Part shown: piece by piece, positions 37,701 to 48,554 of the stretch
How positions within the stretch are numbered: position 1 is the stretch's first letter
Layout of the letters: each line of letters starts with the position of its first letter
Assembly (NCBI GenBank): GCA_964389975.1
Contig: CAYMGJ010000001.1
Location: 22,240 to 86,239, forward strand
Direction of reading: 5' to 3'
DNA: 64,000 bases
Source of the DNA: an uncultured Candidatus Saccharibacteria bacterium
GTDB lineage: Bacteria; Patescibacteriota; Minisyncoccia; Phycocordibacterales; PALSA-1337
Program-made: the position numbers and the translations under genes
Notes under the pieces: model-generated
Database searches by the model: none
Seen by the model: only the letters and a program-made list of their open reading frames with translations
Told to the model about the DNA's origin: nothing

Positions 37701-38891
37701 GTGTATCATATGGCATTGTTCTCTCACACGACAACGGAAGAACTCTCACTTCTCATCGATATACAGAGTGGTCTTGTACGAGGCTCGCTCATTTCATTTA
37801 AGAAAAACACTGCTCCTCATATTATCTTCGTAGCAACTCGAGCTATTCCTCGGAAAGAAAAGACTTCAAGTGAGCAATTGACGAATGATATGCTCGTGGC
37901 TGTACGAGATATTGTTGAATTGCTTGGAATCGAGGGTGTTGAACGTGCTCAATCACTTGGTTTTAACAAGAGAGATCTTAAGGATATTCATTATGTTCTT
38001 TCTTCGCCGTGGGTTATGTCAGAGTCAAAAACTATTCATGTAGTATTTGATACAGAAACAAGTGTTTCAGAGAAGTTGATCAATACCATTGTCGACAAAG
38101 AGAAGATTCATCTCAAGGATGATTTTAAAGAAGGACTTGAACAGAATGGTGGACTTCAGGATCTTGTCTGTATGGAACAGAAGATATTTGAAATCAAACT
38201 CAATGGGTATCGTGTTGAGGAGTATATAGGGAGAAAAACACATGCAATTGATATTTCTTTTGCATCTACCTTATGTTCAGGAAGTCTTCTTGAGAAAATA
38301 CATTCATGTGTACAGTCAGTTCTTCATATCAAGAAGCATTCTTTCCACTCATCTCTTCTCCTCTACTTCGCTTCTCTACGACTCATTGTGGGTAACAGGG
38401 ATGAATTCATATCGATACATGTTCACAGTGAATTAACTGATATTGTTGTTGTGAAGAGATCTACCTGTGCATATATCGCTTCATTTCCTTTCGGTACGAA
38501 TACTCTGAGTCGAAAGGTTGCTCTGATTAACAAGTCATCTATAACTGAAGCAGATTCAGTACTCTCTCTTCTCTATGGAAAAAAACTTGAAGAACATGAG
38601 GAGTACCGAGTGGGTAAAATCATAGATCCTGTACTCACAGAATGGCATGAGCAATGTCTTGCGTGCATTGAGGCTCTTGGTGAGCGTACCATCATTCCTA
38701 ATGTTGTATATCTCTCATCACATGATCATTTCGAAGTATTTAAGGAATTGCTGATTCATAGGAATAGCTATACATTTGAAATTCTTCCTTTCGATGAAAC
38801 TCTCATGACAGATCTTGTTGTATTTGAAAAAACGGCTGAACACAATCCACTGGTATCAGCATATGCACTTGCATTGAAGGATATGATATAA
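37701..38891 (+). CDS. hypothetical protein, possible actin-like ATPase fold (PilM/FtsA-like)
   Basis: LIDIQSGLVRGS and AIDISFASTL segments loosely resemble phosphate-binding motifs of the ASKHA fold; weak. Confidence 0.3.
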   Translation: MYHMALFSHTTTEELSLLIDIQSGLVRGSLISFKKNTAPHIIFVATRAIPRKEKTSSEQLTNDMLVAVRDIVELLGIEGVERAQSLGFNKRDLKDIHYVLSSPWVMSESKTIHVVFDTETSVSEKLINTIVDKEKIHLKDDFKEGLEQNGGLQDLVCMEQKIFEIKLNGYRVEEYIGRKTHAIDISFASTLCSGSLLEKIHSCVQSVLHIKKHSFHSSLLLYFASLRLIVGNRDEFISIHVHSELTDIVVVKRSTCAYIASFPFGTNTLSRKVALINKSSITEADSVLSLLYGKKLEEHEEYRVGKIIDPVLTEWHEQCLACIEALGERTIIPNVVYLSSHDHFEVFKELLIHRNSYTFEILPFDETLMTDLVVFEKTAEHNPLVSAYALALKDMI

Positions 38892-38906
38892 TAGAGAAAA
38901 ATTGTT

Positions 38907-40265
38907 ATGCCTGCAAAAAAAGTTGTACAAGATATAGTTCCCAGTGAACGACGTACTATACGGAATATTCCTGTACGGGTTATGCCCACAGAACCACCTC
39001 CTCCAAAGAGAACGCGAGCGCGTATACCGAAAGAAGAATCACCTGTCATTCATATTGAGGAAGATGAGATTGTTCCACCACCTCCATTAAGTCGAAGACC
39101 TCGAGGGGGTTCTTCTCGTAGTAAGTTATTACTTACCTTTGGAATCATACTTACATCTGTCATAGTTATTTGTATTGCTCTTTCTTTCTTGTATTCAAAA
39201 GCTGTGGTGACGATAACTCCACAGATAACAGAACTTGAGGTTGCGGGAACATTTACTGCTCATAAGGAATCTACAACATCAACGCTCATTTATGAGGTTA
39301 TAAACGTAAGTGATACTCGTCATGAGACTATTGTGGCAAGCGCAGGTCCTCGTATTGAAACTAAGGCGAAGGGAACTATCACTCTCTATAACAATTACAG
39401 TGCAACTGCACAGAAAATCGTTGCAGGTACTCGTCTCTCTGATCCTGATGGACATATTTACCGAACTTCTTCAACGATTACCATACCAGGTAAGAAGACT
39501 GTTAGTGGAAAGGTTGTTCCAGGAAGTAGTGCTGTTATGGTAATTGCTGATATTGCAGGGGAAGCATATAACACGACGATGGCTGAACTCAAGGGTGATT
39601 ACAAGATCGTTGCATATAAGGGAACTCCTAAATATGATGGTTTCTATGGACGTTTGAAGACAGATCTTTCAGGTGGATTTTCTGGTAACAAGATGATTAT
39701 AGATCCTGAAGCAGAGAAGACTGCTATCACATCAGGAGAAGAAGCACTCAAGGCTGAACTTCTCATCAAGCTCAAGAATGCTGTTCCTGAGAACTATGTT
39801 CTCTATGACTCAGCATATATTCCTTCATTTACAAAAGGATCTGCAACCTTTAAAAGCACAACCACTGCTGATATTTCTCTTCAGGGAAATCTTCAGGGTA
39901 TTATCTTTAAGAAAGATGCTCTCCTCAAAAATATTGCGGGTAAGGAGATTCAGAAATTTCCTTCAAGTACATATGATGTAAAGGGAATGGAGGAATTAAC
40001 GTTTACAATCCTAAACACCAAGGATATATCTCTTAAAAAGGGAACTCCCGTAATATTCTCTCTCAAGGGAAACATGATGATAATTGGTACGTTTGAAGAA
40101 GGTGAATTGAAGAATAAATTGAAGGGTATAGCTCTTGAAGATAGCAATGCTGTGTTTGCAAAGTATGGTGCTATCAGTAATGCCTATGCCCTCATCACTC
40201 CTTTCTGGCTTCGCCACTTCCCAAATACAGAAGAACGTATTATACTAGAGTACAAGTCTGAATAA
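38907..40265 (+). CDS. hypothetical bitopic membrane protein (Pro/Arg-rich cytoplasmic N-term, one TM, large extracytoplasmic domain)
   Basis: TM segment LLLTFGIILTSVIVICIALSFLY; no recognised domain. Confidence 0.4.
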   Translation: MPAKKVVQDIVPSERRTIRNIPVRVMPTEPPPPKRTRARIPKEESPVIHIEEDEIVPPPPLSRRPRGGSSRSKLLLTFGIILTSVIVICIALSFLYSKAVVTITPQITELEVAGTFTAHKESTTSTLIYEVINVSDTRHETIVASAGPRIETKAKGTITLYNNYSATAQKIVAGTRLSDPDGHIYRTSSTITIPGKKTVSGKVVPGSSAVMVIADIAGEAYNTTMAELKGDYKIVAYKGTPKYDGFYGRLKTDLSGGFSGNKMIIDPEAEKTAITSGEEALKAELLIKLKNAVPENYVLYDSAYIPSFTKGSATFKSTTTADISLQGNLQGIIFKKDALLKNIAGKEIQKFPSSTYDVKGMEELTFTILNTKDISLKKGTPVIFSLKGNMMIIGTFEEGELKNKLKGIALEDSNAVFAKYGAISNAYALITPFWLRHFPNTEERIILEYKSE

Positions 40266-40329
40266 GGTAGGAATGGCCTATTGACTTTTATGGGTGGTTT
40301 CTGCTAGTATATTCAAACGCGCAATTTTA

Positions 40330-40560
40330 ATGGATTCCAACATCAAAAAGCCTAACATATCAAACACTGCGTACGGAGTAGTGACTGAGGCATTGCCCAA
40401 TACTCTTTTTAGAGTAAAGCTTGATGGTAAGGATGATATAGTGCTCGCGTATTTAGCGGGAAAGATGAGAATGCATAGAATCAGAGTACTTATCGGCGAT
40501 AAGGTTGAACTCGAACTCGACCCATATGGTGGTAGAGCACGTATTACTAAAAGACAATAA
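40330..40560 (+). CDS. infA: translation initiation factor IF-1
   Basis: [52 protein letters not shown] matches the IF-1 S1-like fold; start placed at internal ATG 40330 (76 aa). Confidence 0.85.
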   Translation: MDSNIKKPNISNTAYGVVTEALPNTLFRVKLDGKDDIVLAYLAGKMRMHRIRVLIGDKVELELDPYGGRARITKRQ

Positions 40561-40577
40561 TTTTGAGTATTATTCAA

Positions 40578-40694
40578 ATGAAGGTAAAGGCATCAGTCAA
40601 GAAAATTTGTCCAAAATGCAGTGTGGTCCGAAGAAAGGGCTATGTATATGTGATATGCAAATCCAATCCTCGACACAAACAGCGACAAGGTTAA
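40578..40694 (+). CDS. rpmJ: 50S ribosomal protein L36
   Basis: Translation [38 protein letters not shown] read directly from sequence; below ORF-track size cutoff. Confidence 0.85.
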   Translation: MKVKASVKKICPKCSVVRRKGYVYVICKSNPRHKQRQG

Positions 40695-40706
40695 TTTATT
40701 TTATAT

Positions 40707-41087
40707 ATGCGTATACTTGGTATTACAATTCCAGATAATAAAAGACTTGAAATTGCTCTAACCTCACTTTATGGTGTGGGCCGAGCTCGTGCTCTCTCAG
40801 TACTCAGTGATGCTCAAGTTGATCCAGCTCTCAAGGCTAAGGATTTAACTGTTGATCAAGAAAATGCAATTCGAAAGATTCTCGAATCTTTCCGTATCGA
40901 AGGAGACTTGAAGCGAGAAGTTGCTTCAAATATTAAGCGTCTCAAGGATATTAAGGCATATCGAGGAAGTCGACATGCTCGTAAATTACCAGCACGAGGC
41001 CAGAGAACAAAAACAAATTCTCGAACTATACGAGGAAATGTTCGAAAGACCATGGGATCTGGACGAAAGAAGGAAGAGAAGAAATAA
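40707..41087 (+). CDS. rpsM: 30S ribosomal protein S13
   Basis: MRILGITIPDNKRLEIALTSLYGVGRARA N-terminus. Confidence 0.95.
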   Translation: MRILGITIPDNKRLEIALTSLYGVGRARALSVLSDAQVDPALKAKDLTVDQENAIRKILESFRIEGDLKREVASNIKRLKDIKAYRGSRHARKLPARGQRTKTNSRTIRGNVRKTMGSGRKKEEKK

Positions 41088-41106
41088 CAGGAGATAACAT
41101 AACACT

Positions 41107-41535
41107 ATGGCAAAGAAGACAACAACAACAGAAGAGAAAAAGGTTCAAGATGGTGCTCCTAAGGCTACCTCATCTTCTTCACGTAAGAAGCTTGATTCAG
41201 GTATATTGTATGTTCAGTCTACCTACAACAACACTAAGGTTCTCCTTACTGATGTAAAGGGTAATGCTGTTATGTGGTCATCAAGTGGATCTCTTGGATT
41301 CAAGGGAGCAAAGAAGGGTACTCCTTTTGCAGCTGCAAAGGTTGGAGAAACTCTTGCTGCAAAGGCAGCTCTCATCGGTCTTAAGGATATTCATGTGGTT
41401 GTGAAAGGAGTAGGTTCAGGTCGTGAGTCAGCAATACGAGGTTTTATTTCAAAGGGAGTAACTATTTCATCTATTCAAGATGAAACTCCAGTTCCTTTCA
41501 ACGGCCCACAGCCTAAGAAGCCACGACGAGTATAA
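41107..41535 (+). CDS. rpsK: 30S ribosomal protein S11
   Basis: ILYVQSTYNNTKVLLTDVKGNAVMWSSSGSLGFKGAKKGTPFAA. Confidence 0.95.
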   Translation: MAKKTTTTEEKKVQDGAPKATSSSSRKKLDSGILYVQSTYNNTKVLLTDVKGNAVMWSSSGSLGFKGAKKGTPFAAAKVGETLAAKAALIGLKDIHVVVKGVGSGRESAIRGFISKGVTISSIQDETPVPFNGPQPKKPRRV

Positions 41536-41550
41536 TAAATATATTTATAT

Positions 41551-42156
41551 ATGAAAATTGGACAACGATACAAAATAGCACGAAGATTGGGAGCTCCTGT
41601 TTTTGAGAAAACTCAGAATCAGAAGTTTGCTTTGCGTTCAGAACGAAAGGGGTCAACTGGTGGAAAGCCAAAGACACGAAGTGATTACGGTCTTGGACTT
41701 ATCGAAAAGCAGAAGGCTCGATATAGTTATGGAATTACAAGTAAGCAATTCACAAACTACGTAAAGAAAGCTATCTCTCTTAAGGGAAATGCCTCAGAGC
41801 ATCTTACACGTATGCTTGAATCACGACTTGATACCGTTGCTCTTCGTGCCGGATATGCAACCACTCGTCAGGCAGCTCGACAACTCACTTCACATGGTCA
41901 TCTCACTGTAAATGGAAAGATTGTAACTATTCCTTCATATGCTGTTAAGGTTGGTGATGTTATCGGTATTCGAGAGGGAAGTAAGAAGAAAGTACTCTTC
42001 GCTACTCTCGATGATCGTTTCAAGACAGTGAAGCTTCCTGCATGGCTCAAACTCAATTTTGATAAGAAGGAAGTTACTATTGACGGTATTCCTCATATTG
42101 CAACTACAGAACTTCTGTTTAATCCGGGAACAGTGCTTGAGTTTTATAGTCGTTAA
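41551..42156 (+). CDS. rpsD: 30S ribosomal protein S4
   Basis: S4 N-terminal region plus S4 RNA-binding domain (RLDTVALRAGYATTRQAARQL). Confidence 0.95.
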   Translation: MKIGQRYKIARRLGAPVFEKTQNQKFALRSERKGSTGGKPKTRSDYGLGLIEKQKARYSYGITSKQFTNYVKKAISLKGNASEHLTRMLESRLDTVALRAGYATTRQAARQLTSHGHLTVNGKIVTIPSYAVKVGDVIGIREGSKKKVLFATLDDRFKTVKLPAWLKLNFDKKEVTIDGIPHIATTELLFNPGTVLEFYSR

Positions 42157-42176
42157 TAATTTTTAATATAAAAACC

Positions 42177-43145
42177 ATGTCGAATCATAATGTTATAGTT
42201 CCATCAAAGCCAAAAATCATCCGAGAGGAGGGGTTTAGTGGTATTTATGAAATAGATGGTCTTTATCCTGGATACGGACATACTCTTGGAAACTCTCTTC
42301 GAAGAATCATTCTTTCATCTCTTCCTGGTGCAGCTGTTACTAAGGTAAAGATTGCTGGTGTTGAGCATGAATTCTCATCAATCGAAGGTGTTAAGGAAGA
42401 TGTCATCATCATTCTTCTCGCTCTTAAGAAACTCCGTATTCGACTCAGTACTGATGAAGCTCAAACTCTAAATCTTAAGATTAAGGGGATAAAGGATGTT
42501 ACTGCAAAGGATATTGAGGTACCAGGACAGGTTGAAATTCTCAATCCTGAACTCCACATTGCATCTCTTACAGACAAGAATTCAAATCTTGATATTGAAA
42601 TTACTGTAGAAAAGGGTCTTGGATATGTTGCTAAGGAAGTTATCCAGAAAGATCGAGTTGATATTGGAACAATATCTCTTGATGCAACATTTACTCCAAT
42701 CAAGAAGGTTAATTATGAAGTTGAGAATATGCGAGTTGGAGATCGAACAGATTTCAATCGACTTCGTATCTCAATTGAAACAGATGGTACTCTCACTCCA
42801 AAGGAGGCTCTTGAGAATTCAATCTCAATCATGATTCATCAGCTTAAGGCAATTGTAGGATTCAAGGAGGAAGAAGTGATTGTTCCTCAAGCTTCAATTG
42901 AAGAAACTGGAGGATCAGAAGAAGGATCAAAGATGGAGCTTGATGTTGAGTTCTTGAAAACTCGAATTGACTCTATCGGTCTTTCTCCTCGAACAACCAA
43001 GGCACTTACGAATGCAAACATCCGAACAGTTGGAGGTCTTGCACGAAAGAAGGAAGTAGATATTCTTGATATCGAAGGACTTGGAAGTAAGGGTATACAG
43101 GAGATCAAGAAGGTACTTGCACAGTACAATATTACCCTCAAATAA
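42177..43145 (+). CDS. rpoA: DNA-directed RNA polymerase subunit alpha
   Basis: N-terminal dimerisation domain and C-terminal alpha-CTD (LSPRTTKALTNANIRTVGGL). Confidence 0.95.
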   Translation: MSNHNVIVPSKPKIIREEGFSGIYEIDGLYPGYGHTLGNSLRRIILSSLPGAAVTKVKIAGVEHEFSSIEGVKEDVIIILLALKKLRIRLSTDEAQTLNLKIKGIKDVTAKDIEVPGQVEILNPELHIASLTDKNSNLDIEITVEKGLGYVAKEVIQKDRVDIGTISLDATFTPIKKVNYEVENMRVGDRTDFNRLRISIETDGTLTPKEALENSISIMIHQLKAIVGFKEEEVIVPQASIEETGGSEEGSKMELDVEFLKTRIDSIGLSPRTTKALTNANIRTVGGLARKKEVDILDIEGLGSKGIQEIKKVLAQYNITLK

Positions 43146-43164
43146 TTAGTTATTATAAATTCCC

Positions 43165-43515
43165 ATGAGACACCATTCATCAACACGAAAATTTGGACGA
43201 GAGAAAGATCAGAGAAATGCACTGATGCGCTCTTTGGCACGCAATCTCATCAATGAGACTCGAATCACAACAACTCTTCCTAAGGCTAAGGAGCTTCGAC
43301 CATATATCGAAAAGCTTGTTACTAAGGCAATTTCAGGAACTGTTGCTTCACGACGTCTCATCTCATCTCAGATTGGTGGTATAAAGGAATCAAAAACTCT
43401 CATTGAAACTATCGCTCCTAAATACAAGGATCGAAAGGGTGGATATACCCGAATTATTAAATTGAACCGCCGTGAGCTTGACGCTACACCGATGGCTATG
43501 ATTGAATTTGTATAA
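43165..43515 (+). CDS. rplQ: 50S ribosomal protein L17
   Basis: MRHHSSTRKFGREKDQRNALMRSLARNLI N-terminus. Confidence 0.9.
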   Translation: MRHHSSTRKFGREKDQRNALMRSLARNLINETRITTTLPKAKELRPYIEKLVTKAISGTVASRRLISSQIGGIKESKTLIETIAPKYKDRKGGYTRIIKLNRRELDATPMAMIEFV

Positions 43516-43870
43516 CATAAAGATTATGATTCACACACTAGACGCACAAGGAAAGAAGATCGGACGAGTCGCAAGCGAAGCGGCTAAGATTCTCATGGGT
43601 AAAAATCTTGTTACCTATGTACGTAATGCTGTATCAGCAGAACAGGTAAAGATTATCAATGCAGGAAAGGCTGATATCGATGAGAAGAAGAAGGATGACA
43701 AGGTATATGTTACATTCACAGGATTCAGAGGAGGATTGAACTCAGAGAAACTCGGTGATCTCATTACACGAAAGGGTGCTCGAGAAGCTATAGAGCGAGC
43801 AGTATATCGAATGCTTCCTTCAAATAGTCTCCGAAAGAAGATTATGAAGAATCTAACCATCACTGAATAA
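43502..43870 (+). CDS. rplM: 50S ribosomal protein L13 (start 43502 or 43526)
   Basis: TLDAQGKKIGRVASEAAKILMGK resembles the L13 N-terminal core. Confidence 0.9.
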   Translation: MNLYNIKIMIHTLDAQGKKIGRVASEAAKILMGKNLVTYVRNAVSAEQVKIINAGKADIDEKKKDDKVYVTFTGFRGGLNSEKLGDLITRKGAREAIERAVYRMLPSNSLRKKIMKNLTITE

Positions 43871-43874
43871 CTAT

Positions 43875-44291
43875 ATGAATACACAAACAAAACATTCAGA
43901 TCGATATATTGAAACTGTAGGACGTCGAAAGACAGCCGTTGCTCGAGTGCGAATAACTCCAGCTCCTAAGATGTCATATGATATCAATGGAAAGAAAGTT
44001 GATGAATATTTCCCAACACGAGAACTTCAGAGTCTTGTTACCGAATCATACACAACTTCAAAGCTTACCGAAACTATGTTCAAGGTAACTGCAATTGTAA
44101 AAGGAGGAGGAATCAATGGACAAGCAGAAGCTCTCCGACATGGTATAGCTCGAGCATTGATTGAGTATGACAAGGAACTTCGAGGAAAGCTCAAGAAGGC
44201 AGGACTTCTCAAGCGAGATCCACGTGCAAAGGAGCGACGAAAGTTCGGATTGAAGAAGGCTCGAAAGAGTCCACAGTGGTCAAAGCGATAA
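43875..44291 (+). CDS. rpsI: 30S ribosomal protein S9
   Basis: C-terminal ARKSPQWSKR typical of S9. Confidence 0.95.
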   Translation: MNTQTKHSDRYIETVGRRKTAVARVRITPAPKMSYDINGKKVDEYFPTRELQSLVTESYTTSKLTETMFKVTAIVKGGGINGQAEALRHGIARALIEYDKELRGKLKKAGLLKRDPRAKERRKFGLKKARKSPQWSKR

Positions 44292-44296
44292 AAGAA

Positions 44297-44320
44297 AAAA
44301 CCGGCACTTGCCGGTTTTTT
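44297..44320 (+). terminator. rho-independent terminator after ribosomal protein operon
   Basis: aaccggcacttgccggtt followed by ttttt. Confidence 0.8.
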
Positions 44321-44347
44321 CATATTTCGTGTATACTAACATCTACT

Positions 44348-44908
44348 ATGGATAACGAAAAAGATATTACAATAGAATCAGATGAAAACCTTGATGACTC
44401 AGTTATAGCTGAGGAAACAGCCCTTGCAACGGTTAAAACCCTTAAAGAGAAGCTTAAGAAAGCTATCGAAGAGAAACAAGAGTACCTCAATCTCTGGCAA
44501 AGAGACAAGGCTGAGTTTGTGAATGCTCGTAAGCGTGATCAAGATGCTCAGAAAGATTTTGCTCGTTTCTCTAATGAGAATCTCATTTCAGAACTCATAC
44601 CAGTTCTTGATAGTTTTCATATGGCAATGGGGAACAAAGAAGTATGGGAAAAGGCGGACAAGAATTGGAGAATTGGGGTTGAGTACATTGCTCAGCAATT
44701 AACAAAAGTTCTCACAGACTTTGGTTTGAAGGAGATTGATCCTCAGGGTAAGATCTTTGATCCTCTCCGCGATGAAGCCATTGAACAAGTTGTTGTCTCA
44801 AATGAAAAGGAGAACAATACAGTTGTAGCTGTGATACAGAAGGGATATGAGCTTCATGGAAAAATACTTAAAGCTCCTAAGGTTAAAGTGGGGGAGTTTA
44901 AGGGATAG
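44348..44908 (+). CDS. grpE: nucleotide exchange factor GrpE
   Basis: Coiled-coil N-terminus plus FDPLRDEAIEQV C-terminal domain; start at internal ATG (MDNEKDITIES). Confidence 0.8.
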   Translation: MDNEKDITIESDENLDDSVIAEETALATVKTLKEKLKKAIEEKQEYLNLWQRDKAEFVNARKRDQDAQKDFARFSNENLISELIPVLDSFHMAMGNKEVWEKADKNWRIGVEYIAQQLTKVLTDFGLKEIDPQGKIFDPLRDEAIEQVVVSNEKENNTVVAVIQKGYELHGKILKAPKVKVGEFKG

Positions 44909-44963
44909 AAAAATCCCCCGAGCTAAAGTGCTCGGGGGAGGTGAGGTATTGAACCTCCGTTAC

Positions 44964-45329
44964 TTATTGGGGGCGTCTTCCTTTGCTTATGGAATTGAGA
45001 ATATCATCGAGCTCTCTCATAACTGACTCAAATCCATTTAACTTGCTGATATTTTCAATGACACCTGACCTATCGCCATTCCTTACCGCCTCCCTGAGTC
45101 CCATAAGGTACTTCCTGGGGTGATCGAACACATCACCTTGCATTTCCTGAAGTACCGATTCTATCAAATCGATGATATTTTTTTTGGTATCAGCGAACAG
45201 GATTTCCCCTCTAAGAAGAAGGGTTGCCTGAAGAACAAGCTGTGGCATATTGATCCCGTTTCGAACAGATTTCCACTCCCGAATCATATCCACTAGAAAT
45301 GTCTGTCTATTTTCACTAAAAGTTCTCAT
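44964..45329 (-). CDS. hypothetical protein (121 aa)
   Basis: ORF track; no recognisable motif. Confidence 0.4.
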   Translation of the reverse strand: MRTFSENRQTFLVDMIREWKSVRNGINMPQLVLQATLLLRGEILFADTKKNIIDLIESVLQEMQGDVFDHPRKYLMGLREAVRNGDRSGVIENISKLNGFESVMRELDDILNSISKGRRPQ

Positions 45330-45601
45330 ATGTTTTCTTTTTTCTCAACTGTTTGTCGAGAAACTTCTCACTGCCCGTGAGTTGAGGGGGATGCTTTCGC
45401 ACCGTCATTGCTAGAGGACTTGGCCAAAGGTTTCGTCATAGTAGAGAATGACCCATCTCTCGAGTCGCTGTCTGCTATGACGAATTAATAAGTAATTTCA
45501 ATGTCCTTATCTTGTATTATTATATAACTATATTATACAAAAGTCAAGTAGTAGTCCATATAGAAAAAGGCACCACATTGCTGTGGCACCATGGTGTGGA
45601 G

Positions 45602-45886
45602 CTATGGCCAACGAGGCGAGAGAGCCCTGTAGTACGGAACTACCTCAGGTGATATGTGGAAGTTAAATGATTCGCCACAGTTAGGGCAATCAATGATTGC
45701 GATTGAGTGAGCTTTGTTGTACCCACCAACTGCCCGTATCCAATTCAAGGCATTATGGTTTTCGAAATCACCATTGCAGAAGTATGAGAATTTTTCACAA
45801 TGGGGACAACAGTGATCTGTGGAGAAGAGTAGGTTGCCACAATACCGATCTCTCCAGGGGGTTGTAAGTAATGGTGGTTGATGTGC
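45602..45886 (-). CDS. hypothetical Cys-rich protein (putative zinc ribbon), GC-shifted; start inferred at MAHQPP
   Basis: CCPHCEKF...CPNCGESF cysteine pairs; hairpin + T5 downstream on minus strand (~45565-45595). Confidence 0.3.
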   Translation of the reverse strand, partial: AHQPPLLTTPWRDRYCGNLLFSTDHCCPHCEKFSYFCNGDFENHNALNWIRAVGGYNKAHSIAIIDCPNCGESFNFHISPEVVPYYRALSPRWP

Positions 45887-45992
45887 CATAAAATATGGGG
45901 AGGTTGAATGAAGAACGCCATGCAAAAGTATACTCTTTTTGGGAGCCTCTGGACAACTCTGTACAGAGATATATAATACAGGTGTAATAGGT

Positions 45993-46298
45993 ATGATTAC
46001 AACAACACAAGGACAATTAAATAAGGTTTTTGAACGTATTGTACATGACAAGAATGGTGTCCTCATTCGTGTCCTCTTTACCGTTGTACATACCCCTCAA
46101 GGATTCCAAGCACAGATCATATCTGCAACACCTCTTGTTGTTGAAAAGAAAACCGCTACTGAACATGTATATCTTCCTGCTTTAGAACAGAATGAGTATA
46201 TACCTTTTGTATACACAGAATCTCTGTATACGCACATCTCTCCGTTCAATCCTCTTTTCTTTTTTAATAGTCAACCAACACGGGCTCCATCTAACTAA
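45993..46298 (+). CDS. hypothetical protein (~100 aa)
   Basis: ORF track 45939..46298 trimmed to ATG after AGGTG. Confidence 0.3.
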   Translation: MITTTQGQLNKVFERIVHDKNGVLIRVLFTVVHTPQGFQAQIISATPLVVEKKTATEHVYLPALEQNEYIPFVYTESLYTHISPFNPLFFFNSQPTRAPSN

Positions 46299-46328
46299 AA
46301 AAGCCGAATCGCATAACGATTCGACCCT

Positions 46329-46454
46329 TCATAGTGTCACATCTTTTTTCTCACTGCTCATGTTTTTGAGGGTATACATGAGACGTAGTAGACCAAAACA
46401 GAGGAGCCAGAGAGGACAAAGAATGATGACAAGTATACTGAGAATATTTCTCAT
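46329..46454 (-). CDS. candidate small hydrophobic peptide (41 aa) antisense, just upstream of dnaK
   Basis: Minus-strand ATG with AAGGGAAA RBS; translation [41 protein letters not shown]. Confidence 0.2.
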   Translation of the reverse strand: MRNILSILVIILCPLWLLCFGLLRLMYTLKNMSSEKKDVTL

Positions 46455-46492
46455 ACGTTTCCCTTTCTACTAACAATATAATACACATATCT

Positions 46493-48382
46493 ATGTCTAA
46501 AATAATTGGAATTGATCTCGGTACCACCAACTCTGCTGTTGCAGTGATGGAAGCTGGTACACCTAAAATATTAGAAAATGCTGAGGGAGCACGAACAACT
46601 CCTTCAATTGTTGCTCTTTCAAAAACTGGAGAGAGAACTGTTGGACTTCTTGCAAAACGACAAGGAGTAACTAATCCCAAGAACACCATATATCAAATTA
46701 AGCGATTTATCGGACACACCTTCGATGAGGAGGCTGTACAGAAAGACAAAGCTTCAGTTCCTTTCGAGATGCAAAAGAGTGCCAATGGAGGCATTGAGGT
46801 AAAGATGGGTGACAAGTGGTATCGACCTGAAGAGATTTCAGCCATGATTCTTGGAAAAATGAAAGCTGATGCTGAGGCTCGTCTCGGTGAACCTGTCACT
46901 GAAGCAGTGATTACTGTGCCTGCATACTTCAATGATGCACAGCGACAAGCAACAAAGGACGCTGGTAAGATTGCTGGACTTGATGTGAAGCGTATCATCA
47001 ATGAACCAACAGCAGCGGCACTTGCCTATGGTTTCGACAAAAAGAAGGATGAAAAGATCGTTGTATTCGACTTCGGTGGAGGTACATTCGATATATCAGT
47101 TCTTGAAGTAGGTGATGATGTTGTGGAGGTAAAATCAACTGATGGAGATGCACACTTGGGAGGTAAGGATATTGATCAGAAGATCATCAATTGGCTTGCT
47201 GATGAATTCAAGAAGCAAGAGGGAATTGATGTTCGAAATGATGCCCTTGCTCTTCAGCGTCTTGATGAAGCTGCTGAAAAAGCAAAGATCGAACTCTCAA
47301 CAGCAGTACAAACAGAAGTTAATATCCCATTCCTCACCTCTGGTGTTGATGGACCAAAGCACCTTCTCATAACCATGACTCGAGCAAAACTCGAAGAGTT
47401 AACACGGGAGTTCATTGATCGTGCCATTACCATTACCAAGCGTGCAATGGAAGCTTCTCCTTTTAAGATTACTGATATTAATGAAGTGATTCTTGTAGGA
47501 GGACAAACTCGAATGCCTGCTATGCAAAAGGCTGTGAAAGATTTCTTCGGTAAGGAATTACATCTCGGTGTAAATCCTGACGAGGTGGTTGCGGTTGGAG
47601 CTGCCATTCAAGGAGGAATCCTTGCTGGTGATGTAAAAGGAGTTCTCTTGCTCGATGTAACACCCCTTTCTCTTGGTATCGAAACAATGGGAGGAGTTGC
47701 TACAAAATTGATTGAGAAGAATACAACCATACCTACCCAGAAGTCTCAAATCTTCTCTACAGCAGCTGATAATCAAACATCAGTAGAGATTCACATAACT
47801 CAAGGAGAACGACCTATGGCGAGTGATAACAAGTCATTAGGAAGATTCATTCTCGATGGTATTCCACCAGCACCACGAGGTATGCCACAAGTTGAGGTTA
47901 CCTTCGATCTCGATGCAAATGGAATTCTTAATGTAACAGCTAAAGACAAGGCAACCAACAAGGCTAATAGTATTAAAATTACTGCAAGTTCTGGTCTTTC
48001 AAAAGAAGAGGTTGAAAAGATGAAGAAAGAAGCAGAAATGCATGCTGCTGATGATGCAAAAAAGAAAGAGATGGTTGAAGCAAAGAATCAGGCAGAACAA
48101 CTCATATATACTTCAGAAAAATCTCTTAAGGATGCTGGAGAGAAAGTTCCTGCAGAAACTCGTAAGAGTATCGAAGACAAGATTGCTGATGTAAAGACAG
48201 CAAAAGAAGGAACAGATCCTGTTCAACTTAAGAAAGTAACTGATGTACTCTCAACTGAACTTTCAAAGATTGGAGAAATTCTTTCTAAAGCTCAAGCTGA
48301 AGCAAGTCAAACTCCACCACAGGGGAATACACAAGGACCTGAAGGAGATGTAAAAGACGCAGAGTTTAAGGAGAAGAAATAG
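46493..48382 (+). CDS. dnaK: molecular chaperone DnaK (Hsp70)
   Basis: [22 protein letters not shown], Hsp70 signatures; 629 aa. Confidence 0.95.
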   Translation: MSKIIGIDLGTTNSAVAVMEAGTPKILENAEGARTTPSIVALSKTGERTVGLLAKRQGVTNPKNTIYQIKRFIGHTFDEEAVQKDKASVPFEMQKSANGGIEVKMGDKWYRPEEISAMILGKMKADAEARLGEPVTEAVITVPAYFNDAQRQATKDAGKIAGLDVKRIINEPTAAALAYGFDKKKDEKIVVFDFGGGTFDISVLEVGDDVVEVKSTDGDAHLGGKDIDQKIINWLADEFKKQEGIDVRNDALALQRLDEAAEKAKIELSTAVQTEVNIPFLTSGVDGPKHLLITMTRAKLEELTREFIDRAITITKRAMEASPFKITDINEVILVGGQTRMPAMQKAVKDFFGKELHLGVNPDEVVAVGAAIQGGILAGDVKGVLLLDVTPLSLGIETMGGVATKLIEKNTTIPTQKSQIFSTAADNQTSVEIHITQGERPMASDNKSLGRFILDGIPPAPRGMPQVEVTFDLDANGILNVTAKDKATNKANSIKITASSGLSKEEVEKMKKEAEMHAADDAKKKEMVEAKNQAEQLIYTSEKSLKDAGEKVPAETRKSIEDKIADVKTAKEGTDPVQLKKVTDVLSTELSKIGEILSKAQAEASQTPPQGNTQGPEGDVKDAEFKEKK

Positions 48383-48449
48383 GGCGGGAAAAAGAACCGC
48401 CAGAGCCTTCCTGAGGTGACTCGGGAGGGTCGGTGACGGTTCTTCGAAC

Positions 48450-48554
48450 TCACATCGTGGGCACTGGGCGTTTTGAAGCGCAACACAATGCGGCGATGAA
48501 GAGGGAAACGATAATGAAGAATGCGGAAGCAGTAACAATCAGTGCAGACGTCAT
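48450..48554 (-). CDS. candidate small hydrophobic peptide (34 aa) antisense between dnaK and dnaJ
   Basis: Minus-strand ATG with AAAGGA RBS 6 nt upstream; translation MTSALIVTASAFFIIVSLFIAALCCASKRPVPTM; GC-rich spacer. Confidence 0.2.
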   Translation of the reverse strand: MTSALIVTASAFFIIVSLFIAALCCASKRPVPTM

